Shown piece after piece: positions 56,030 through 64,000 of a DNA stretch of 64,000 nucleotides. Within the stretch, counting starts at the first letter, position 1. Every line of letters begins with the position of its first letter. A program made the translations under genes and the position numbers. The notes below the pieces were generated by a model, which saw only the letters and a program-made list of their open reading frames with translations, did not search any database and was not told where the DNA came from. Source of the stretch: a virus (taxonomy: Duplodnaviria; Caudoviricetes); IMG/VR virus record IMGVR_UViG_3300033073_001074, positions 1-64,000 of that record. One strand, given 5' to 3'.

Positions 56030-57364
56030 TTAGCTATATAGACCATTAATTCCGGTGTATATGGGATTATTACCATAAGTAAATAACGAAAGTCCCGAAT
56101 TAGGGATATCTTTGCCCGAAGAAAACATAGATATTCCAGAAACGCTATGTGTAGCACATCTTGTATAAAGATTGAGATTGCTATCAACTAATCTATTATA
56201 CACCATAAGTGGCATGTATCCGTATTCTGGTCTATCAATATATAAATATAGCGCACCAGATACTTTAGATACTTCTTCACACATAACCATAAGAGTAGTT
56301 GATTCAAACTTAGGATTGTAATAATTCCATTTAGTATTTAAGTATCCATTTAGATTATACATTTCTCCACTATTAATTACTCTGTTATAAATTATAATTT
56401 CATTAATAGCTATGTTGTCTAATCCGATACCATCAAGATAGCCGTTGATTGATCCAAAATTAAGTTTTGATAATGGATCGGTAACAACGCCTGATGAGAT
56501 TAGTCTGTTATTATAGTAGAACTTTACTAAGTTTGGAGATCTAGCAACTGTAAAAATACCACCACTATTAGGAATTGGTTGTGTGCTACCAATTGTAAAT
56601 CCACCAACTCTATGGTAGAATTTTTGTGATAATACATATGATTCCAATTCAATCTTAGTAATTTCATTAATACCAAGAGCGGAAATTGGTGCGGAAGCAT
56701 AGAAAGAGCTTTCATCGGTAGATACACCAGCAAGCAATAAACCAGTTCCCATATTTTTAGCAGCTATGACAACAGTATACTCATCGTATAAGTTCATATA
56801 ATAGTCATGGTGGGCTAATGTTTGGGCGTTTGTAAAGTTTACTGTTCTAGTTGTTGTATCGTATGTGGGCGAGCTATAAGATTGAACTGTAAAATCATTA
56901 TTGTAAGTTGATTTATCATTCCATCCGGAAACAACATTCGACGAAGAGAATGTCATAGTGCCGGAATCATATCCATCGAGCCACAGCTTAAGACCTAAAA
57001 TTGTATCCGGAGAAGATCCTGTATCAATAGTGCTAACGAAGAGTGGGGTTTGTGTACTTGCTACATCATATGGCGCTCTTGGGCCATTGATATATAAATA
57101 CATTGACCCACTACCATTTGCGGTTTCATCTGTTTTAATATATAGATTAGCTGAATTCTGAGTATTAGGTCCACTATTATAGTAAGATGACATATACAGA
57201 GAAATTCCACTAGCATAGCCTGATGGTAGGATAGGCTGATTTTGATTGCCGGTGGGCGGCGGGACGTATGGATTTGGAGTATATCCAGATGTGGATAATG
57301 TTGCCAAATTTCTACTAAATCCAGCCGCTATATAAAGTCCTATATTTCCACTCGATGTTGACAT
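56030..57364 (-). CDS. virion protein with a LamG/concanavalin-like domain
   Basis: LKLWLDGYD...VVSGWNDKS..NNDF...SPTY...VNFT...INEIIIYNRVI, flanked by repeated LYI/LFV strands. Confidence 0.65.
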   Translation of the reverse strand: MSTSSGNIGLYIAAGFSRNLATLSTSGYTPNPYVPPPTGNQNQPILPSGYASGISLYMSSYYNSGPNTQNSANLYIKTDETANGSGSMYLYINGPRAPYDVASTQTPLFVSTIDTGSSPDTILGLKLWLDGYDSGTMTFSSSNVVSGWNDKSTYNNDFTVQSYSSPTYDTTTRTVNFTNAQTLAHHDYYMNLYDEYTVVIAAKNMGTGLLLAGVSTDESSFYASAPISALGINEITKIELESYVLSQKFYHRVGGFTIGSTQPIPNSGGIFTVARSPNLVKFYYNNRLISSGVVTDPLSKLNFGSINGYLDGIGLDNIAINEIIIYNRVINSGEMYNLNGYLNTKWNYYNPKFESTTLMVMCEEVSKVSGALYLYIDRPEYGYMPLMVYNRLVDSNLNLYTRCATHSVSGISMFSSGKDIPNSGLSLFTYGNNPIYTGINGLYS

Positions 57365-57367
57365 ATA

Positions 57368-60300
57368 TCAGCCCGGCTTCCATTGTTTATTAGTATTGCT
57401 CATATAATCTTGAATCTTTTCTTTGATCAAGTTTCCAATATTCTTTGTAATGACATCATTGATTTCATTTACATTTAATCCTGCCACAGTTACTGAACCT
57501 TGTAAATTAACTGTGTGAGTCATATTTATATTAGTTAACTTATCAACAAAAGACTGTATATTATTTGAGAATTGATTTAGACTTTCAGTTAAAGGATTAT
57601 TTCCAAGAGCATCTTGAATATATTTTGACCCCGTAGCAAAAGCAGAGTTAATAGCATTGTTAATGCTGCTCATATCAACTGCTGGGCCACCTCCAATTGC
57701 GCCACCGCCAGCGGCATAAGTTACGCCACCAACAATGCCACCAGTTGCAAAACCTTGCATTTGCCCATTGTTTAGCTTGTTCATTGCGTGAGTGCCATAT
57801 TTTTTAACAGCTCTCTCGTTCATAACAAATTCGCCCGGAGTTAGCATAGCTGGAATTTTATCTGTACTGCCGATATTTTTAATTCCACCTTTTGCAAAAC
57901 CTGTAGATGGAACAATACCACCAGTAGCAAAAGCGGTTCCTAACCAATTCCCCACTTTGCTCATCCAAGTACCTCGGACATTAGCAGCCGCCTCATCAGC
58001 CTGTCTTGTTTTTTCATCTATTTCGGCTTTATTTTTTGCATCTTCTTCTGCTTTAAGTTTTATATAATTATCTGGCGTTGTTGGTATTCCATGCCAATAA
58101 GCTACTGGACCCCCAGAGTAAGATTCTAATTCAGTACGAGGAGGAACTACTCCACGTCCTTGCATTGCTCGATTATTTGCTTCATCCCAATCTTTTTTAG
58201 ATTTTTCGGCATTTCTTCTTGCCTGCTCTTCATCTTGTGTTTTTTTTCTTGATTCAAGAGTAGGATTACCAAATGTCTTTGCATTGGCATCTATCCAACT
58301 ATCGCTTTCTTCTATTTTAACTCCAGAAGGTGGAGTATTAACTATTGGAGCTAATCCTCTTTCAGCATTTCTTCTATCTCTTTCGATGCGTATATTTTTT
58401 TGATCTTCTTTTTGCTTTTCTGCCATAGCAAGCAATTCCTGCAAACCTATTTTTTTATTGTTAGGTCTATTTCGTATTTCTTCTTCATACGCTTCGATTC
58501 TCTTATTTCTGGCATCAACGACATCCTTATTTTCATCAGGATATTTAGCCTTTGCTTTTGCAGTAGCTTCTGCTCTTTTTTGTGCAGCCCAATCTTGATA
58601 TTCTTTCTTTTTCTTTATTTCATCTTGTTTATCAGCATATTCATTTACAATATCTTCCGCTCTTCTTCTTTCAACTTCATAAAGTCCACTGCCAATCGAA
58701 AAGTTTCCTAATCCAGCCCTTCTTTGTGCGGCACTTACTGTTGGAACAAGAATATCACCCCCAGCTTCGCGTTGGACTTTAAGAAGATTTCCTTTTGCAA
58801 TTGCTCTTTTTTCAGCTCTTTTTCTGGCTGCATTTCGTTTAGATGCAAGACCACCGACCGCAAATGGTAATCCAATATTCATAGGCATATTATTACTAAA
58901 TTGCATATTCAATGGAGAAAATCCGCCAACACCAGCAAATCCATTCATCGCAGTTTGATTAAAAGCATCTATCATTCCGAATGCAGTGTCATTAAAGCTA
59001 TTGTACATATAATTGCTAAATTGACCGAAAGCTCTGTCTGGTGCTGTCGCATAGTTATACCAGCTACTCATCATAGCGTTAGACGTATTCAGAAAGTTAT
59101 TATCCATCCAATTACTTGAACGATCCATCCAAGTAGGATATCCCCCAAAAGCCTTATAGTTGCCCGAATTAATAGCGTGAAGTTTATCAGCTCCAACTTT
59201 ATCAACCGCGCTTTTTCTAATTACAAATTCGCCCGGAGAAAGCATAGCTGGAACTGTATCGGTTCCTTGAGGTTTGAAGTTTACATATTTTCCATTAGCA
59301 GCATATACAACTCCCCCTGACGAAAATTTTCTCTCGCCCTGTTCCATAGGGGGTATCGGCTGTCCATTGAAATTTTTAATAGCGGATTCTAATTTGATAA
59401 CCTCATCTTTAAGTTTAACTTCTTCATCTTTTAATTTTGTAATTTCATCTGTTAAATTTTTAATTCTTTCATCTGTTAATGGCTTGAGATTAACGCCTAG
59501 ATCAGAAAGAGATTTATTCAACGCTTCTGTTTTTGTATTTAAAACTTGTAGTTGAATAGTATTTTCTTTTCTTAGCAATTCTTCTGGAGATTTTATTTCT
59601 GCTAACTCAGCCCTTAATGCGTTTGCTTGATCTCCCTTGAGACCCGCGATTCCTTCAATTGCAGCTCTTCTTTGTTGCATAACGCCCTCAACTCTTGTTG
59701 TGGCATCCATTCTTCTAGCTTCAGCTCTATTTTGTAGGTTTCCGAGTGGATTACCTTGGAATCGTATTATTTCATTAATAATATCTTGTCCGGTTCTATT
59801 TCCAAGGCCCGGTCCTAGTTCAACATTTCTAAATTTTGATGCAAACTGTTGAATATTTTTTAATGCCTCGTCATTCAATCCACCGCTAGCAGCGATCTTA
59901 GCTTGAAACATAGGATTATTAAGAAACATTCTTAAGAAATTCTCTGTTTGGGCAGTCTGCATTCTGTTTTCTTGTCCGCCAAATACCAGATCTTCTTGTG
60001 CAGATTGAATATCATTAACCTGTTGTTGTGCATCAGCCTGTTGTTGTTGTAAAACAGCTAAAGTTTTTGAACTTTCAGCTAATGTATCCAAAGCACCATT
60101 CAATCTTTTTATTCTATTTTGTGTTTCTTGAGTAGCATTATCATTTAATCCACCTTTAGCTAGTTGAGCTTGAGCTTCTCTAATTCCATCTAAAAGACCA
60201 TTAACAGCCTCCACTCCACCTTTTCTAAATGACTGCTCATCTTTTCCAGTCAATCCAAACTTTGCAACATTTGCATTAACTTCATTGGCCATTATTTCAT

Positions 60301-63300
60301 TTTGAATTGCACGTTTTTGTCGTGGATTATCTGCAAATGATAATCTATTTTCTAAAACTTCACCTTGTATAGCAATAGCTTTAGATTTTAGTTCAGCTTC
60401 TTGGTTTGTTAATTCTATAATTTGAGCGAATGCTTCTCTTTGAGCAGTCTCGTAATTAGCAAATACTTCAACAATTCCCTTAGCTATATCTGAAGAATCT
60501 TTAACATTTTTATCAAATTCACTAATAATTTTTTCAATATCTTCTTGCTTTAATCTTCCTGTATCGCCAATTTTGACTTCTTGACTTTCAATAATTGCAG
60601 ATAGTTTGCTCGCTACTTGCGGAGCAATTCCTTTTAATTGTTGTTCAATAAATTGTGAGGCTTTAGGAGTTTTACCCCCAACACCTTCTGCAAGAGGAGG
60701 AAGATTTATTCCTTCTAACATGCTTCGTAATGATTGCTTAACCTCTGCGCTTTGTCTTAAGCCCTGAGTAATATTACTAACTCCGCCACCTAAATTTTTA
60801 CTTTCAATAAATTTAAGAGTACTTTCTAAGTCTTTACCCGGCTTTAGCTGTTCTAATGCTCTTGTGGAAGGCACATTTGATTTTACCTGACCTTCTCCTG
60901 TTAATCTAGATAATTTATCCGCAAGATTAATTTGAAAATCTTCAAGATTATTTTTTGCGGCAGTTATAGAAGCCTCTAGTGCAATTTGCTGATTTAGTGT
61001 TCCAAGAAGTTGTTCTCTTAAAGCGTTTTCTCTAGCAATTGCAAGTTGAGTTTGTTTAGATTGTTTTTCTGCTTCTGTAAAAGCTAAAGCCACACTTTTA
61101 ACACCTAAAACAGTGTCTTTAAAAATAAGCTCTTGCTTCAATCCGGGATCTTTAACTGATTCATATTTTCTAGCTGCATTACTTTTTGCCAGACTCATGG
61201 CCGTTATTAAAGCCGCATCTTTAATCTTTTGAGCTTCTGGACCAAAATCGCTTTTTGTATAAGATTCTTTTAATTTTCCTATAACAGCTTCTTGAGTAGA
61301 ATTATATTCATTTAGTAATTTTTCATTACGTTGAATTTCTACTTCATTAATCGCTTTTAGATTAACATCTTTAGATGCTTGTTCTATAGAATTTAGAACA
61401 GATTCTGCGCCAGTATTGACGCTTTTCATTACATTAATTAAATCACCAGATTTTAAATCCGAAGATAGCTTTTGCTTGCTTTCATTTAAAGATAATATAG
61501 AATCATAGAAAGTATCACTTAATAATTTTGTATTTTTATTTAGCTGATTATTTACAGCTACATCAGCTTCTCCATAGGTCATACCTTGTTGCACTCTTGC
61601 TCTTACAGCTTCAGTTCTTTTACTAGTTTCTGTTGATAATGCGCTAGTATATCCTTTATTTGAAACATCTTCTAATACTTTTCCAGTGAAAGCACTTTTT
61701 AAAGTTCTAACATTTGCAGAAGTAGCATTGGATAGAGATTCTGCTAATTTATTTGATGCATCAGCGGCTTCCTGAGCTTTCTTTGCGTAATACGATTCTA
61801 CACCTTGTAAAATGGCAAACCCAGCAGCGACTCCTGCAATACCAGCGGTAAGAGGACTTATTCCAGAAATAAGTGCCCCAATTCCACCCTTGGCAGCGGA
61901 CCCACCAGCAGCAGTTTGACTTGCAGCGCTTTCTGCTAAATCAGCATTTCTTGCTACTATAGACGCATCAGCTTCTTGTAAACTTGCCATAGCAGCGGCC
62001 TTTGAAGCATTTTTTGCTGCGGCCATGCTAGTTCCCATATCGGCCAAAGATTTTCCAAGAGAATAAATAGCTCCAAAAGTAGAGATTCCGGCAGAAATCC
62101 CCTCTTTTAATGCGTCGCTAAATCCGCTAAATTGAACCGCTGTTGATGCAGCTAAACTACCAAATAGAACTAAATTTTCATTAATTTTATTTGTAGCTTG
62201 ATCATTTTTCTTTGCTGTATCTTCTAGTTCTTTATTATTTCTTTTTTCTTGCTTGATTCTTTTTTCTTGTTCTTTAGCCAGAGCATCTGCTTGAGCTTTT
62301 TGAAGTCTAGCCTCTTTACCTTGACTTGGATTTTTAACACCACCTTGAATAGCAGCATTTAATATTCTTTGTGTTTGCAGAGAAGAAAATTGTTCATTTT
62401 TTTGCGATGGATTACTTTGAATAATTCTTTCGACTGACTTCATCGCGCCAACAAGGTGTTCGCTTTCATTTGCAACTGCATAAAGTATATCTTTAACTTC
62501 TGCTAGTTTTTGAAGTCCTACACCAGCTTCATCTAGTTTTCTAATGAAATTATTAATTGATACTTCATCGTCGGAAGTCATACCGCCAGTAGCAAAATGT
62601 TTTACATTGACAGCGCCACCTTTAGCAAACTTGCCAACTTTATTCATTTTGTCTAAAGCTGAATATCCTATTTTTTGTGCAGAGGCTTTGTTAATAACGA
62701 ATTCGCCCGGAGTCAACATAGCGGGAACTGTATCTGTTTCTCCGCCTTTAGACATCCAAGGAATATCTGTTAAGCTGGCAATAGATCCGCCATTTGCAAC
62801 TTTTTTAAATTTGGTATTACCACCTTTAATTGTTTCATAACCATATCTTTTTGCAAAGTCTTCTAAACTTTCATCTTGATTTGATAATGACTTATATATA
62901 GGATCAGATTTAAGAGTTGCTAATGGAGAAGATTTTTTAAAGAATTTCTGAATACCTTCTTTATTAGCATAAACCTCAATAGCTTCTTGCGCTATATAAT
63001 CTCTAGCTTTATTGATCAAACTAATAATAGATTTATCGGTAAAAGACGTTTTTGCATCTGTTGGAATTGATCCTATTTTTTTAGTTAATATATTGTCAAA
63101 TCTACCGCCAAGACCCGTAGGAAAGTCAAATGGCTGATTTCCCGCGCCAGTATCAGCAGTATCAGCAAATTTACCGCTGGCAGTTTTTAATGTGGCTTCA
63201 AATATATTTCCAAGAGTTTGATCTAAGTTTGACGCTTTTAGTAATTTATATGTCGCACCTTCATTTAAACCCTCTACGGGAACTCCCGCATCGCGCATTA

Positions 63301-64000
63301 AGGAGTCTGCATTGTTATCAACTAATTTAATTAAATCCCCAAATAAACTTTCTTGAAATTTATCTTTAAATTTGCTATCTATAGAAGCAGAATGTATTTT
63401 AAAACTAATGCCATTGCCTAATTTTTGTTCTTTTAATCCTTCTGTAATATAATCTACACCAAGAGTAGATCCAGCCTTTGCATTTTTATATCTGTCAGTA
63501 ATATCAGCCAAACTAACTTTAGCTGGAATATCTTCTTCTATATCATTCGGCCTTAAAAAGACTGCGCCGAACTCTTTATCAAATTGAGTTAGTCCACTTT
63601 TAAGAAATGCTCTTTCAGCAGCACCTTCTTTTGCGCCACTCGCTTGAAATTTAGCTAAACTTGAAGAAGAGTCGTCTTCCATATATTTTTTACGGAAAGA
63701 AGCACCAGTTTCTTTTCCGCCAATACCGTGCTTATTCATCTTGGCTAAATTTTCAATACCAAGAGAATTTACAGAACTTTTTCTGATAACAAATTCTCCG
63801 GGACTCAACATTGCCGGAACAGTATCGGAATTCCCAACTCCGGGAACAAGTCCTCCAGATGCAAAATGATGAATTTGCCCACCTTGAGCTTTTCTCATCA
63901 TTCCCATTCCTGTTACTTGTCTTATCGCCGGAACAAATGCCTGTCCCAGTTTGATGGCGGCAACACTAGCTAAAAGTGGAATAATAGGCTTAATAGATGA
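57368..64000 (-). CDS. tail tape measure protein, 5'-truncated by the window (more than 2210 aa)
   Basis: Frame is open through 64000; long A/K/E/Q helical stretches; four FAxGG...D(T/K)(V/I)PAML(S/T)PGEFV motifs typical of TMP C-terminal regions. Confidence 0.85.
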   Translation of the reverse strand, partial: SSIKPIIPLLASVAAIKLGQAFVPAIRQVTGMGMMRKAQGGQIHHFASGGLVPGVGNSDTVPAMLSPGEFVIRKSSVNSLGIENLAKMNKHGIGGKETGASFRKKYMEDDSSSSLAKFQASGAKEGAAERAFLKSGLTQFDKEFGAVFLRPNDIEEDIPAKVSLADITDRYKNAKAGSTLGVDYITEGLKEQKLGNGISFKIHSASIDSKFKDKFQESLFGDLIKLVDNNADSLMRDAGVPVEGLNEGATYKLLKASNLDQTLGNIFEATLKTASGKFADTADTGAGNQPFDFPTGLGGRFDNILTKKIGSIPTDAKTSFTDKSIISLINKARDYIAQEAIEVYANKEGIQKFFKKSSPLATLKSDPIYKSLSNQDESLEDFAKRYGYETIKGGNTKFKKVANGGSIASLTDIPWMSKGGETDTVPAMLTPGEFVINKASAQKIGYSALDKMNKVGKFAKGGAVNVKHFATGGMTSDDEVSINNFIRKLDEAGVGLQKLAEVKDILYAVANESEHLVGAMKSVERIIQSNPSQKNEQFSSLQTQRILNAAIQGGVKNPSQGKEARLQKAQADALAKEQEKRIKQEKRNNKELEDTAKKNDQATNKINENLVLFGSLAASTAVQFSGFSDALKEGISAGISTFGAIYSLGKSLADMGTSMAAAKNASKAAAMASLQEADASIVARNADLAESAASQTAAGGSAAKGGIGALISGISPLTAGIAGVAAGFAILQGVESYYAKKAQEAADASNKLAESLSNATSANVRTLKSAFTGKVLEDVSNKGYTSALSTETSKRTEAVRARVQQGMTYGEADVAVNNQLNKNTKLLSDTFYDSILSLNESKQKLSSDLKSGDLINVMKSVNTGAESVLNSIEQASKDVNLKAINEVEIQRNEKLLNEYNSTQEAVIGKLKESYTKSDFGPEAQKIKDAALITAMSLAKSNAARKYESVKDPGLKQELIFKDTVLGVKSVALAFTEAEKQSKQTQLAIARENALREQLLGTLNQQIALEASITAAKNNLEDFQINLADKLSRLTGEGQVKSNVPSTRALEQLKPGKDLESTLKFIESKNLGGGVSNITQGLRQSAEVKQSLRSMLEGINLPPLAEGVGGKTPKASQFIEQQLKGIAPQVASKLSAIIESQEVKIGDTGRLKQEDIEKIISEFDKNVKDSSDIAKGIVEVFANYETAQREAFAQIIELTNQEAELKSKAIAIQGEVLENRLSFADNPRQKRAIQNEIMANEVNANVAKFGLTGKDEQSFRKGGVEAVNGLLDGIREAQAQLAKGGLNDNATQETQNRIKRLNGALDTLAESSKTLAVLQQQQADAQQQVNDIQSAQEDLVFGGQENRMQTAQTENFLRMFLNNPMFQAKIAASGGLNDEALKNIQQFASKFRNVELGPGLGNRTGQDIINEIIRFQGNPLGNLQNRAEARRMDATTRVEGVMQQRRAAIEGIAGLKGDQANALRAELAEIKSPEELLRKENTIQLQVLNTKTEALNKSLSDLGVNLKPLTDERIKNLTDEITKLKDEEVKLKDEVIKLESAIKNFNGQPIPPMEQGERKFSSGGVVYAANGKYVNFKPQGTDTVPAMLSPGEFVIRKSAVDKVGADKLHAINSGNYKAFGGYPTWMDRSSNWMDNNFLNTSNAMMSSWYNYATAPDRAFGQFSNYMYNSFNDTAFGMIDAFNQTAMNGFAGVGGFSPLNMQFSNNMPMNIGLPFAVGGLASKRNAARKRAEKRAIAKGNLLKVQREAGGDILVPTVSAAQRRAGLGNFSIGSGLYEVERRRAEDIVNEYADKQDEIKKKKEYQDWAAQKRAEATAKAKAKYPDENKDVVDARNKRIEAYEEEIRNRPNNKKIGLQELLAMAEKQKEDQKNIRIERDRRNAERGLAPIVNTPPSGVKIEESDSWIDANAKTFGNPTLESRKKTQDEEQARRNAEKSKKDWDEANNRAMQGRGVVPPRTELESYSGGPVAYWHGIPTTPDNYIKLKAEEDAKNKAEIDEKTRQADEAAANVRGTWMSKVGNWLGTAFATGGIVPSTGFAKGGIKNIGSTDKIPAMLTPGEFVMNERAVKKYGTHAMNKLNNGQMQGFATGGIVGGVTYAAGGGAIGGGPAVDMSSINNAINSAFATGSKYIQDALGNNPLTESLNQFSNNIQSFVDKLTNINMTHTVNLQGSVTVAGLNVNEINDVITKNIGNLIKEKIQDYMSNTNKQWKPG
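57821..63830 (-). repeat. four copies of the DTVPAML(S/T)PGEFV motif within the TMP
   Basis: Copies at about 63791-63830, 62701-62736, 59221-59260 and 57821-57862. Confidence 0.85.

Noticed and set aside
50097-63330. Plus-strand ORFs within the virion module (e.g. 58400-58711, 59274-59555)
   Set aside because: Antisense shadows of tail and TMP genes; their F/L/S-rich composition mirrors K/E codons on the coding strand
1-64000. Alternative genetic code (stop-codon reassignment)
   Set aside because: Conserved proteins are full length under code 11 with dense ATGA/TAATG coupling; the dnaE split is not a single in-frame stop
1-64000. tRNA or rRNA genes
   Set aside because: No T-loop (GGTTCGAATCC-like) or cloverleaf candidates seen and intergenic gaps are too short; not checked computationally

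Overview
This window is part of a large lytic-type tailed phage genome (AT-rich, standard genetic code). No tRNA, rRNA or CRISPR array was seen. Genes at 1-48324 lie on the + strand: rII-like genes, charged head-accessory-like proteins, an AT-rich glycosylation island containing UDP-galactopyranose mutase, a DUF1559 prepilin-like gene, a papain-like protease/holin-like membrane module, a phage sigma factor, nucleotide metabolism (dCMP deaminase, class II RNR, PhoH, dUTPase, dNMP kinase) and a replication operon (RecA, DnaB, primase, Cas4-like nuclease, DnaE, DnaQ-like exonuclease, SSB). A second glycosyltransferase-like cluster follows directly. These genes converge at a bidirectional terminator (48328-48357) on a minus-strand virion module that ends in a tape measure protein of more than 2200 aa running off the window. 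The DUF1559 gene points to a Planctomycetota host (inference). The most notable observations are: (1) a phage-borne DUF1559 pilin-like cassette with its own consensus promoter beside a galactofuranose glycosylation island; (2) DnaE split into two genes with no intein and a proofreading exonuclease between the halves; (3) a PD-(D/E)XK-like domain inserted between repeated motifs of the tape measure protein; (4) a replication-coupled cluster mixing intact and degenerate glyco-enzymes; (5) two promoter classes, consensus sigma70 promoters hidden in coding sequence and a GTGTAT-AAT motif ahead of late-type genes. All family assignments come from motif recognition by eye; no database searches were run.
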